Shown: in pieces, positions 38,690 through 47,712 of the stretch
Position numbering within the stretch: the first letter of the stretch is position 1
Layout of the letters: the number at the start of each line of letters is the position of its first letter
From: a virus
Reading direction: 5' to 3' (one strand)
Length of the DNA stretch: 64,000 nt
Virus record (IMG/VR): IMGVR_UViG_3300025137_004926
Notes under the pieces: generated by a model
The model's database searches: none
Told to the model about the DNA's origin: nothing
What the model saw: the letters and a program-made list of their open reading frames with translations, nothing else
Program-made: the position numbers and the translations under genes

Positions 38690-38959
38690 TTATTCATCAT
38701 ATCTGGATACATCTGAACGATTATTACCGCTTGTGTCAGATTCATTGATATCAGACATTTCTTGTCTAAATGCATCACAATCTTCTGATGTTGTAAAAGC
38801 AATCTTAGTGTATTCACCAGCTAAACCCATAGTAATGATATCCATTTCTATAATTTTATTTTCAGCTACATAACGGTCATAAATTGCCTGTGCATCATCT
38901 GAGCATTGCTTACCGTCTTCGCCTGTACCTTCGTTTTTAAATCTTAATATATGTGGCAT
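38690..38959 (-). CDS. hypothetical protein
   Basis: GGGAG RBS; late motif GATAAATA at 38982-38989 on the minus strand. Confidence 0.75.
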   Translation of the reverse strand: MPHILRFKNEGTGEDGKQCSDDAQAIYDRYVAENKIIEMDIITMGLAGEYTKIAFTTSEDCDAFRQEMSDINESDTSGNNRSDVSRYDE

Positions 38960-38993
38960 CGTTGTCTCCCTAATATACTACTATTTATCTATT

Positions 38994-39410
38994 TTAGCAC
39001 ACAGTGATAGCAAATCGCCAATCTGTGATATTTCTTACTGTATGATGCACGTTTACTGCTAATTTATGCCATTCTTCTTTGGGTATTATAACAGAATCTA
39101 TAGGTTCTTGTACAAATTCTTCATACCAACATGTCTCTGCATTTTGTCCACCAGTTTGTATAATATAATTAATTGCAAATTCTCTACCTCTATCTGTGTG
39201 TATTGGTATATCCTTTGTTAATGTCTGATATCTAAATTTAGTACAATCAGGGAATAACTCTTGCAAATATTCCTTAAGTTCTGGTTGGCATTCGTGTATT
39301 GTATAATTCTTACTTTTGCCTCCAAATATATTTTCAAGTTTCAATACTTCTTCTAGTGGAAGTATCAAATCTTTTGGTATTTTTGGTAAGTCTAATTTGG
39401 TGTAGTTCAT
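38994..39410 (-). CDS. 2OG-Fe(II) oxygenase / cupin-like protein
   Basis: IPIHTD...distal H..V....R facial-triad pattern. Confidence 0.65.
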   Translation of the reverse strand: MNYTKLDLPKIPKDLILPLEEVLKLENIFGGKSKNYTIHECQPELKEYLQELFPDCTKFRYQTLTKDIPIHTDRGREFAINYIIQTGGQNAETCWYEEFVQEPIDSVIIPKEEWHKLAVNVHHTVRNITDWRFAITVC

Positions 39411-40087
39411 AATAGTAACTCTTTCAATGTTGGCATACTATCAGTGCTTAATGAAATAAAAAATTGATATACATTATCACCGATAGCACTTGCATCATGT
39501 ATTACGTGTGTATCTGTTATATATAATCTACCTGCTTCTATATCTTTTTCTCTTACTAAATCATATGATAGATTACCCTCTGCCACTTCTCTTGGACTAG
39601 CCGTTTTTCTATCTTTATCAAATTGAAATATCATATTATCTGGATCATTTGTTCCCCATAGTCTAATAATATCACTAGGTATTTTAGTATCTGTATGAGG
39701 TTTAAAATGTCCAGTAGTATGCCACTTTAATATAGCACTTCTATACATAAAAGGTTTAATTGGTTCAAGAGGATCAAAGCATGATTCTGCCAACATTGGA
39801 GTAGGTGAAGTACATTTCGGGTCACGTACTTTATCTTCTTCTTTCTTTCCTTCATTCCATTGATTTAATGGATAACATATAGGTTCTGGATTGTTGAACA
39901 TATCTCCGTTTAAATTAACGAGAGGAGCTCCATATCTTGGATATTCAGTGTGTTTAGTACCCCAACGTCTAAATGCGTATCTGTATTCATGCATTTGTTC
40001 TTCAAACAAATTTACATCAATTTTCATATCAAGAGGTTGTAATACAGTTGGATGAAACTTATTATATTCTTCTAGTCCTAATGACAT
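39407..40087 (-). CDS. 2OG-Fe(II) oxygenase (Asp/Asn beta-hydroxylase-like)
   Basis: GHFKPHTD...GRLYITDTHVIH. Confidence 0.7.
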   Translation of the reverse strand: MSLGLEEYNKFHPTVLQPLDMKIDVNLFEEQMHEYRYAFRRWGTKHTEYPRYGAPLVNLNGDMFNNPEPICYPLNQWNEGKKEEDKVRDPKCTSPTPMLAESCFDPLEPIKPFMYRSAILKWHTTGHFKPHTDTKIPSDIIRLWGTNDPDNMIFQFDKDRKTASPREVAEGNLSYDLVREKDIEAGRLYITDTHVIHDASAIGDNVYQFFISLSTDSMPTLKELLL

Positions 40088-40102
40088 TTCGTGTCCTTTA
40101 CA

Positions 40103-40690
40103 TTAATAGTAACCGAAAGCCCAATACTTCTCTTTACACCACCAACATTCTTTACATGGTCTAGGCAAACTTTCGCTTTCACAACTGATAGTTAAATTTG
40201 CTAAATCTTGTAAATTATGCTCGTTATATAATTCTGCTATCGTTTGTTTAGTACTATTTATAAACGGACGATAGTGATATACCCCATGTGATGAGATTAC
40301 TCTAATTTCTCGCTTTTTATCTCGACTTTCATCACGTCCTTCTATCAATAATTCAGAGGGATTTAGTGTCATACCAGTTAATACACCTGATGCTTTATGT
40401 TTATCAATAAGTCTATCTCTAGTTTTGGTTCTATTGTTTCGTGCTTCATTTCTATCTTTATAGTAACCAATATAATGTTCTTCAATTCTGTTTGGAAATC
40501 TAGCATGTAACCAATTTGTAATTGCTATTACATTAAATAGATTATAGTAATTTAAAGATTGATGGCATACGCTACTTAAGACCAGCTTTGTATTTGGTAA
40601 CTCTTTTAGCACTAGATAAGAGAGCAACGCACTATCAAGTCCGCCACTCAGCATCATTACATATGTTCCAGAGTTAGGTACATCTTTCAT
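40103..40690 (-). CDS. QueC-like PP-loop ATPase
   Basis: SGGLDS PP-loop; C-x8-C-x2-C-x2-C zinc site at C-terminus. Confidence 0.75.
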   Translation of the reverse strand: MKDVPNSGTYVMMLSGGLDSALLSYLVLKELPNTKLVLSSVCHQSLNYYNLFNVIAITNWLHARFPNRIEEHYIGYYKDRNEARNNRTKTRDRLIDKHKASGVLTGMTLNPSELLIEGRDESRDKKREIRVISSHGVYHYRPFINSTKQTIAELYNEHNLQDLANLTISCESESLPRPCKECWWCKEKYWAFGYY

Positions 40691-41391
40691 TATTTTATAC
40701 CAGTAAAACTACGATGTACTGTGTTATCTAAAACTTTTTTATAATCTTTATTCTTAGTTAAGTCTTTCAATTTAGAATCTTGTGAAATCAATTCTTCTTC
40801 ACTTCTAAATTCAGATGGCAGACCAAGTCTTTCAAACACTTCATATATTGATAGTTGTTCTAAATCAAAGAAGTTTTCTATGTTTGTATTTTCTATGTTA
40901 ATCTGTTTAATCATACGTGCATCATTCTCATACCAATCATAATGTGGATATGATATATCCCAACCACCTACTTTATTTCTCCACCAATCAAAACAAAAAT
41001 TAGATGGCATATATACAGCCATAATCTTTGCTTTTGGAAATAAGTCTTGTAGTAAAGGAAGATGATATGCAAACCAATGACTTTTTATTATCTTAACACC
41101 ATAGTTAAAATCTCTATATGGCTTCTTGAATTCTTTTATGATTTCATCTTTTGTCATATCTTGTAGATTATCAAATCGTTGACCTTGATTATGATATGGC
41201 CCCCAATAAGCACCTCGATGCCAACCATACTGTTTTGTTTTACCATCAGGCGTAACATAGTCTCTGGCGTATTCTAGTTCACTTCTTTCGTCACTAATAT
41301 TGATATTTGGATTAGTACTAATAGCACGTAAGGTGCCACTCCATCTACTCCCAGGAGCACCTGTTGCCAATATTAAATCTTGTCCGTCCAT
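40690..41391 (-). CDS. sulfotransferase-like P-loop protein
   Basis: TGAPGSRWS loop and IIKSHW; paralogue of 42461 (shared GGxDIxYPxY). Confidence 0.65.
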   Translation of the reverse strand: MDGQDLILATGAPGSRWSGTLRAISTNPNINISDERSELEYARDYVTPDGKTKQYGWHRGAYWGPYHNQGQRFDNLQDMTKDEIIKEFKKPYRDFNYGVKIIKSHWFAYHLPLLQDLFPKAKIMAVYMPSNFCFDWWRNKVGGWDISYPHYDWYENDARMIKQINIENTNIENFFDLEQLSIYEVFERLGLPSEFRSEEELISQDSKLKDLTKNKDYKKVLDNTVHRSFTGIK

Positions 41392-42461
41392 AATTTCTCT
41401 CTGCTATTGTGTGATAGAACTTTTTTAAGTGCTAGTTTAGAACTTACACCATCAAATTGCAAATTGCAATGGTCGTTGCCATAGCATATCGTATCTTCTG
41501 GTAATCTCCATAAGAAATCTATTGCATTTTGATGACTTTGTTTACTTGTCTTTAGTAGGTTACTTGGTATTCTTTTTAATGCACCGTCCCACCATATCAT
41601 TCCTTGCCCATTAGTGTCAATAGAACTAATATCTTTTATATTCATTCTATGCCACTTATGATTTAAACTTTTATATTTGTTCCAGTGTTCTTGCCATTTG
41701 TCTCCGAAATGATTCTGTACATCTTCCCATACGACTTTCCATTTTCTATCTTCACTAGTAAATTTCTTTCTATTCCAAAGTGACATGCTAGGAAATTTAT
41801 TGTTAAGATGTTCTATCCATGATTCAAAATCATTTCCATCCCAATTTTCAATAGTATACTTGTGAACATGAAGACTTATCTTTGAGATATCGACATGATG
41901 TATTACAGACTTCTCATTAAACCCATGATGGTCTAATATACAGTTAATGAAAAATCCACTGCTTACTGTTATTGCCCAATCAACTGGTTTAGTTATATCT
42001 CCGTAGTTTGGTATTTCATTGTGCATTAGATATGTAATATTGCTATCATCAATTAAACTTGTTAAAATAGTATCATGGCTATTGTAGAATTCTTCTGCAC
42101 TATCTGTGTTTAACTTATGAATAAACTTTGCTTCTATGTGGGTTGTGCCGTCGCCCAATGGCTTATGAAACCAAACGTCATCACTAAAATGTATATACTC
42201 ATGCTTTGATGCTTCAATCATTTTTTTATAATGATGCTCGTATGCACCCCATAAGAATATAGTTCCAGCATTGACAACCATAACAATATCGTAATCATGC
42301 AAGTATGTGTAACTGTCCATTACATAATAATCAACTTGGTTTTCTGTTGGTAATCTATTGCATTCTTGATAGTCTAAACTTAATTGTGTATAATTTAGAG
42401 CAATCTTATCAAAATGGTCATCGCCACTTCTAAGTACAACGATTGCATATTTTAATAACAT
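41373..42461 (-). CDS. hypothetical enzyme (362 aa)
   Basis: Long ORF coupled within the cluster; no motif recognised. Confidence 0.75.
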   Translation of the reverse strand: MLLKYAIVVLRSGDDHFDKIALNYTQLSLDYQECNRLPTENQVDYYVMDSYTYLHDYDIVMVVNAGTIFLWGAYEHHYKKMIEASKHEYIHFSDDVWFHKPLGDGTTHIEAKFIHKLNTDSAEEFYNSHDTILTSLIDDSNITYLMHNEIPNYGDITKPVDWAITVSSGFFINCILDHHGFNEKSVIHHVDISKISLHVHKYTIENWDGNDFESWIEHLNNKFPSMSLWNRKKFTSEDRKWKVVWEDVQNHFGDKWQEHWNKYKSLNHKWHRMNIKDISSIDTNGQGMIWWDGALKRIPSNLLKTSKQSHQNAIDFLWRLPEDTICYGNDHCNLQFDGVSSKLALKKVLSHNSREKLWTDKI

Positions 42462-43174
42462 TATAATCTTTCATCTATTTTATCAAAATTATAATAAGCA
42501 ATATGAGTGTCTAACGAAACATCTCTACTAGGATCTTTCTTTTCAAAGAAATAACCCTCTATACTTTTTATAAATCTATTTTGACTATCAGTTATATCCC
42601 AATAATCTTTCCAATGCTTACTGGTTGCAGTATGAATTGTTAAGTTTCTATTAAATATCCATTGTCTTGCATCTTTAGTTTCTTCTTTTATATATTCACG
42701 TGCAGTTTGTTCATCTTTATAGTAACCATGATACTTTGGATAAGTTATATCAAACCCACCTGCACCAAACCAACCTTTATAACAACTTTCTATAGGTCTG
42801 AACACTATTATAATCTTACTCTTAGGAAATGTCTCTGCAATAAAATCTAAGTTGTTTGATATCATATGTGATTTTACAATTCTGTAATCAGTTCTTTTTT
42901 CTTCTTTCCAGGCTTTATCTATTTCATTTAATATTTCTTGTTTTGAGAACTTATTAATCTCATGCCAACCTTCACCGAACTCCATGCCCGTGCCAAAGTA
43001 ACTTCCTAGATGTTGTGCTTTATTAAATTTAGTTGGATGTGTATATTCTCTATCTTCATTTCTATCAGTAGTATTGATGTCAATCTTTTTTGTCATAGAC
43101 AACACATTACTTACTGCACTCCATTTACTTCCAGGAGCACCTGTAAAAAATATAAGTTTACTTTCATCTATCAT
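42461..43174 (-). CDS. sulfotransferase-like P-loop protein
   Basis: FFTGAPGSKWS, IVKSH, FPKSKIIIVFRP. Confidence 0.65.
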   Translation of the reverse strand: MIDESKLIFFTGAPGSKWSAVSNVLSMTKKIDINTTDRNEDREYTHPTKFNKAQHLGSYFGTGMEFGEGWHEINKFSKQEILNEIDKAWKEEKRTDYRIVKSHMISNNLDFIAETFPKSKIIIVFRPIESCYKGWFGAGGFDITYPKYHGYYKDEQTAREYIKEETKDARQWIFNRNLTIHTATSKHWKDYWDITDSQNRFIKSIEGYFFEKKDPSRDVSLDTHIAYYNFDKIDERL

Positions 43175-43931
43175 TCAAGAACCTTTTTATACCTTTATAG
43201 TTTACATAGTTTTTATCTATTTCATATATGTTTGATGAATTTATATAACGTGAGGGTAGATAACGTCTTTTCCACATATTCATTCTTATAATGTCGTGTA
43301 TATGCATAGAGTACTCAATGTGATGTTTATCATTGAACTTCAATTTATATTTATCCCAAGACCAAATATCTCGTATTGTGAAATCAGAGCCTATCTCTTT
43401 GGCGATTGTTCTTAGCTTTTTCCCATATTCTGTATTTTCTCCACCTAGCCATTTCATTTTAAGAAATCCAGGAAACACCGCAGTTGTTCGCAAGTATCGT
43501 TCGCCTGTTGTATATTCATCATCTATCAAATTTAATACTTTTGCATTAGGAAATCTTTTTAGTAATTTCTCTGGCAATTCGTGTGTGCATATAATAATTC
43601 TATTCTTTTTGATTATCGCATGGCCACCCATCTTTTCGAAGCGTGGGTAAAAGAACCTAGTATAGTAATGTTCCTCATCTGGTATAAAATCTTTTACATA
43701 ATCATGTATTGGCGGCAAGGAACCATTAGGTACTAGTCTATCAAAATGATAGCGACTTATATGCCGTTGTCGTATATCTGAATTTTTAAAATAAACATTC
43801 CATGGGTTAGTACCGTTATCTTTATGACTATACCAATATACATCAGGTAAGCAAGACAATACTCTCCCTAATTTATGTCCACCACATCCCTGTTCAAATG
43901 ATATGAATATAATTCTACTTTCGTCCAACAT
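43164..43931 (-). CDS. sulfotransferase-like / P-loop-like protein
   Basis: N-terminus MLDESRIIF matches 42461 (MIDESKLIF); FEQGCGGH loop; CTH; FPNAKV. Confidence 0.55.
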   Translation of the reverse strand: MLDESRIIFISFEQGCGGHKLGRVLSCLPDVYWYSHKDNGTNPWNVYFKNSDIRQRHISRYHFDRLVPNGSLPPIHDYVKDFIPDEEHYYTRFFYPRFEKMGGHAIIKKNRIIICTHELPEKLLKRFPNAKVLNLIDDEYTTGERYLRTTAVFPGFLKMKWLGGENTEYGKKLRTIAKEIGSDFTIRDIWSWDKYKLKFNDKHHIEYSMHIHDIIRMNMWKRRYLPSRYINSSNIYEIDKNYVNYKGIKRFLNDR

Positions 43932-44613
43932 AGTAGAACATACCTTCCTTGTTTTGTACTAAATCTCCAGTAGCAAACCAATCATCATAAACACATATGT
44001 CACCTTTTACATATAATTCACCAGCGACAATCTTTGTATCACAATAAGTTTTACTACCCATTATTGTTTCTGTTGTCTGTACTTTTATACCAGGTACAAA
44101 TGTTCTATTGATTGCAACTGGACCAACTTCTGTCATGCCCCAATTAACAATAAAGATTGCACCTCTATCAATAAAGTTTTGTATAATGCCACTTTGTACT
44201 CTGTCACTGCCACACATAATGATTTTATCTTCTAGGTTTAGACTATCGAAACTCTTTGTCTTCATTATCGCTCTTGCCATATCAGGTGTTAAGTGACTGT
44301 GCGTAAAATCTTTTATCTTTCTTACCCAAGAAAATGCATTAAACTTTTCTACTTCAATTTCTGCATTGACTTCATAACCTGGTAATGTTTGTGCCAGTAA
44401 TCCACCTGCATGTTTTAATGTACATACAGTTAATATCTTGCTGTCCTTATCTATGCCTTGTACTTCTCTAGCAATAGCATTTGCATATCTTAACTTTTCT
44501 GGTGGTTGAAATATATTCTTAGGAGTACCTGTTGAACCACTGCTTTGTAGTATACAGCCTTCCATAATCATTTCATCGAATTCGTTTTTAATTATATTGT
44601 CTTCTAATTTCAT
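43915..44613 (-). CDS. minimal adenylate-forming (ANL / acyl-CoA synthetase-like) enzyme
   Basis: SSGSTGTPK (A3), WGMTE (A5), GELYVKG, WFATGD (A7), VGR (A8); ends before the A10 subdomain. Confidence 0.85.
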   Translation of the reverse strand: MKLEDNIIKNEFDEMIMEGCILQSSGSTGTPKNIFQPPEKLRYANAIAREVQGIDKDSKILTVCTLKHAGGLLAQTLPGYEVNAEIEVEKFNAFSWVRKIKDFTHSHLTPDMARAIMKTKSFDSLNLEDKIIMCGSDRVQSGIIQNFIDRGAIFIVNWGMTEVGPVAINRTFVPGIKVQTTETIMGSKTYCDTKIVAGELYVKGDICVYDDWFATGDLVQNKEGMFYYVGRK

Positions 44614-45127
44614 TATATTTTTCTACGTTTAATATCCATGTATTTTGTTTAACACTAAAAACTTCACTTACACCTAAGTTTTTAACTAGTTCTATCTTTT
44701 CTAAATGATAAAATGTTTTATCAATTCTATTCATCTTTCCACTTGCATCATGTTCAGTATTTGTTGTGATGTAAATGAATAGATTATTTAAATCTGTTTC
44801 TTTGCTTGATGCATAATCTATTTGATATGGTAACTGACTATGAAAACAATAACTTTGCATGTGGTATCTATTCAGACCTATCTTTTTACTTTCAGTCTGT
44901 GCACCTCTAAACAACGCTCTCCAACCATTAGCCCATGGATGTATTCCACTGACACTAACCATACGTTCATCTACATAGGTTGCATGCCACATGCCACCTT
45001 GTTCCAAACACCATTCAAACTTCATATCTTCTAACGTAGAATTGTTATTGAAGCCTTTTACTTCACATGCTTTTAGAAAGTTTTCAAGTTCGGGTGTTAC
45101 TGTATGTAGTTCCTTAGTAATAATCAT
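44588..45127 (-). CDS. GNAT-like acyltransferase
   Basis: Beta-strand pattern ..MVSVSGIH..RALFRGA..YITTN; first gene of cluster. Confidence 0.5.
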   Translation of the reverse strand: MIITKELHTVTPELENFLKACEVKGFNNNSTLEDMKFEWCLEQGGMWHATYVDERMVSVSGIHPWANGWRALFRGAQTESKKIGLNRYHMQSYCFHSQLPYQIDYASSKETDLNNLFIYITTNTEHDASGKMNRIDKTFYHLEKIELVKNLGVSEVFSVKQNTWILNVEKYNEIRRQYN

Positions 45128-45129
45128 GC

Positions 45130-45182
45130 TTGACAATCTATTTATATACTCATATTATACATGATAAATAACATGAAGTCAA
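45130..45182. promoter_or_regulatory. bidirectional region with overlapping sigma70 and late promoters on both strands
   Basis: Plus: TTGACA(45130)-N17-TATTAT and GATAAATA(45163). Minus: TTGACT(45182)-N17-TATAAT and TATAAATA(45146-45139). Confidence 0.75.
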
Positions 45183-45189
45183 TAGAAAA

Positions 45190-45264
45190 GCGGGCGTAAC
45201 TCAGTGGTAGAGTCCCTCGTTGCCAACGAGGTTGTCGTGAGTTCGAATCTCATCGCCCGCTCCA
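45190..45264 (+). tRNA. tRNA-Gly(GCC)
   Basis: GCGGGCG/CGCCCGC; CCTCG-TT-GCC-AA-CGAGG; CCA. Confidence 0.95.
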
Positions 45265-45271
45265 AATCTAT

Positions 45272-45347
45272 GGGGCATTAGCTCAGTTGGGAGAGCGCCT
45301 GATTTGCATTCAGGAGGTCGTGGGTTCGACTCCCTCATGCTCCACCA
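45272..45347 (+). tRNA. tRNA-Ala(TGC)
   Basis: GGGGCAT/ATGCTCC with G3:U70; CCTGA-TT-TGC-AT-TCAGG; CCA. Confidence 0.95.
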
Positions 45348-45367
45348 TAACATAAAGGAGAGGTAAT

Positions 45368-45562
45368 ATGGTATGGATCTTAATATGGTTGCAGTTGTCG
45401 GCAGGACAATCAATGCAATATTATCACGTAGACACATTTAGTACAGTAGATGAATGTATAGAAGAACTAAGGAAAGCAGTTGTTCTAAAAAACCACAAAA
45501 ATACAGCAATAGACTGTCTTCCTATACAAACAACAAGAGAAGTTAAAATAGATGTCAAATAA
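45368..45562 (+). CDS. small exported protein with Cys pair
   Basis: AAGGAG RBS; hydrophobic N-terminus; F.T..EC...C. Confidence 0.7.
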   Translation: MVWILIWLQLSAGQSMQYYHVDTFSTVDECIEELRKAVVLKNHKNTAIDCLPIQTTREVKIDVK

Positions 45563-45565
45563 GCA

Positions 45566-45595
45566 TTGACTTCTATTACTAAAGTATGCTATAAT
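45566..45595 (+). promoter_or_regulatory. sigma70-type promoter for tRNA-Ser and symporter
   Basis: TTGACT-N18-TATAAT with extended TG. Confidence 0.7.
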
Positions 45596-45623
45596 AAAAG
45601 ATAGTAATCATATATGATTATTA

Positions 45624-45713
45624 GGAAGAGTGGCAGAGCGGTTGAATGCACTGGTCTTGAAAACCAGCAATGGGGAAACTCATTCGAGAGTTCGAATCTC
45701 TCCTCTTCCGCCA
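45624..45713 (+). tRNA. tRNA-Ser(TGA)
   Basis: GGAAGAG/CTCTTCC; CTGGT-CT-TGA-AA-ACCAG; long variable arm; CCA. Confidence 0.95.
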
Positions 45714-45743
45714 AATAGAAGAAATGTCTAAGGAGGACAATTT

Positions 45744-47231
45744 ATGAACATAATATTAATGTTACTATTCGTAGTAGCAGTAGGATTAGTAGCCTACAAG
45801 TCTAAAGGGGATAATTACTTTCTGACAACATCAGATAGCAATATGAACCTTGGGCTTTCTTATGGAGCAACGTTAATTTCAACGTCCGCTATTATAGGAT
45901 TTGGAGGTCTAGCTGGTTGGATTGGATTTTCTATTCCACTCACAATGATTATTCCATTCGTGGGACTTATATATCTTGCAACCGTTTATATTGGTCCAAA
46001 AGTATACAAAGCTAACAAGAAAATTAAAGCCAAAACGTACATTGAAATGATTGGTAAACATTATAATACACCAATGATTTCTAAGTTACTAGCACTTATT
46101 ACTGTGGGGTTAATCCCATTTTATTGTGTGGCAGTTCTTATAGGTGTCGGTAAATTTATTACTGCATTTACAGGGATTGACTTTACTTTAGCAGTAGTTG
46201 GTTTTAGTATTCTAGTTTTTGGAACTATCGCATACGGTGGAATGAGTTCTGTACTTAAAAATGATATGGTACAAGGTATCATTGTTATTGCAGGGTCACT
46301 TGTCGTATTAGCAATTACAGTATTCGTGCATATGCAGGCTCCCGGTTTTTGGGATAACTTATCAGATGCATGGTTACTAGTACCAGAAGGTGATGGATTG
46401 CGTAAACTTAGTTTTACAGGATTTACTAGCTGGCCAGAGTTTTGGTCTAGAGGCTGGTTAATGATTACTACATTATTAGTATTCACTATTCCAGTAGGAC
46501 TTATCACTTTGCCTCAACTACAAACACGTTGGATGATGGCTAAAGATGAAAAGAGTTTTAAAACTATTGCAAATTGGGGTGTTATTATCCCAGGTCTAGC
46601 AATCATAACGTTTATGTTAGCGGCAATTTCTGCCAACTCATATACGTTTGCTACAGAAGGTATGACAGTTGCACAAGCGGCTGGAGGAACTGCTAGTATT
46701 ATTCCTTATTGGATTAAGACAGGGTTCCCAGCATGGGTTTCTAGTGCTTTATTCTTAACTATTTTGGCGGCGGCTTTCACAACTCTTAATAGTTTGATGC
46801 ATTTACTATCAACAACAATAGCCAATGATATTGTATCTACAAAGAAACCAAGTCTTAAAGTAGCATATGGTTCAATGATTGCAGTTATTTTACTAGCACT
46901 TTGGATGACAATTCAATTCAATGGGCAAATGGCAATTATTGCACGTGCAACTGCATTGTATTTTGGTATTATTGGTGCAAGTATGTTACCACTAGTTATT
47001 GGAATGGCAAGAGGACTATCTAATGGTCGTCATGCACTTGCAAGTTTTATTGGTGGTGCAGTAACAAGTATTGGTTGGGTACTATTCGTACACTTCAAAG
47101 AATCAAAGTTGTTTACTGGTATCACATATGATATTGGTGTATATAACTTTGTTGAACCAATAGTTCCTGGTTTAATTATATCTGGTGCAATCTTTATTGC
47201 ACTAACATATCTTAGACCAACAATTAAATAA
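45744..47231 (+). CDS. sodium:solute symporter (SSS family)
   Basis: About 13 TMs; ATLISTSAIIGFGG, YGGMSSVLKNDMVQG, LPQLQTRW, LAAAFTTLNS. Confidence 0.88.
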   Translation: MNIILMLLFVVAVGLVAYKSKGDNYFLTTSDSNMNLGLSYGATLISTSAIIGFGGLAGWIGFSIPLTMIIPFVGLIYLATVYIGPKVYKANKKIKAKTYIEMIGKHYNTPMISKLLALITVGLIPFYCVAVLIGVGKFITAFTGIDFTLAVVGFSILVFGTIAYGGMSSVLKNDMVQGIIVIAGSLVVLAITVFVHMQAPGFWDNLSDAWLLVPEGDGLRKLSFTGFTSWPEFWSRGWLMITTLLVFTIPVGLITLPQLQTRWMMAKDEKSFKTIANWGVIIPGLAIITFMLAAISANSYTFATEGMTVAQAAGGTASIIPYWIKTGFPAWVSSALFLTILAAAFTTLNSLMHLLSTTIANDIVSTKKPSLKVAYGSMIAVILLALWMTIQFNGQMAIIARATALYFGIIGASMLPLVIGMARGLSNGRHALASFIGGAVTSIGWVLFVHFKESKLFTGITYDIGVYNFVEPIVPGLIISGAIFIALTYLRPTIK

Positions 47232-47237
47232 AGAAAT

Positions 47238-47266
47238 AATGCTCTCCTAGAAATAGGGGAGCATTT
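47238..47266 (+). terminator. hairpin / probable terminator
   Basis: AATGCTCTCCTA-GAAA-TAGGGGAGCATT. Confidence 0.7.
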
Positions 47267-47269
47267 CCA

Positions 47270-47277
47270 TATAAATA
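47270..47277 (+). promoter_or_regulatory. late promoter TATAAATA for iscU
   Basis: Exact T4 late consensus. Confidence 0.65.
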
Positions 47278-47304
47278 CTATTATATAATCACACAGGAAA
47301 TATT

Positions 47305-47712
47305 ATGGCTTATTCAGAAAAAGTGTTAGACCATTATAATAATCCACGTAACGTAGGTAAATTTGATCCAAAAGATCCTGACATTGGAACAGGCATGGTA
47401 GGTGCACCGGCATGTGGTGATGTTATGCGTTTACAAATAAAAGTAAACGATGAAGGAATTATAGAAGATGCAAAATTTAAAACATACGGATGCGGCAGTG
47501 CTATTGCTAGTTCAAGCATGGTAACAACAATGCTAAAAGGTATGACATTAAATGAAGCACAAGAAATTAAAAATACAACAATAGTTGAAGAACTAGCGTT
47601 ACCTCCAGTTAAGATTCACTGTAGCGTATTGGCAGAAGATGCCATTAAAGCCGCAGTTAGAGACTATGGTGGTAAGCAAGAAATAAACGCAAAGGCGGTT
47701 AGGATAAATTAA
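47305..47712 (+). CDS. iscU: Fe-S cluster scaffold IscU
   Basis: MAYSEKVLDHY.NPRNVG, GAPACGD, KTYGCGSAIASSS, LPPVKIHCS. Confidence 0.97.
   Translation: MAYSEKVLDHYNNPRNVGKFDPKDPDIGTGMVGAPACGDVMRLQIKVNDEGIIEDAKFKTYGCGSAIASSSMVTTMLKGMTLNEAQEIKNTTIVEELALPPVKIHCSVLAEDAIKAAVRDYGGKQEINAKAVRIN

Noticed and set aside
40103-40690. QueC as proof of 7-deazaguanine DNA modification
   Set aside because: No folE, queD, queE or dpdA is seen in the window, so only the fold is supported
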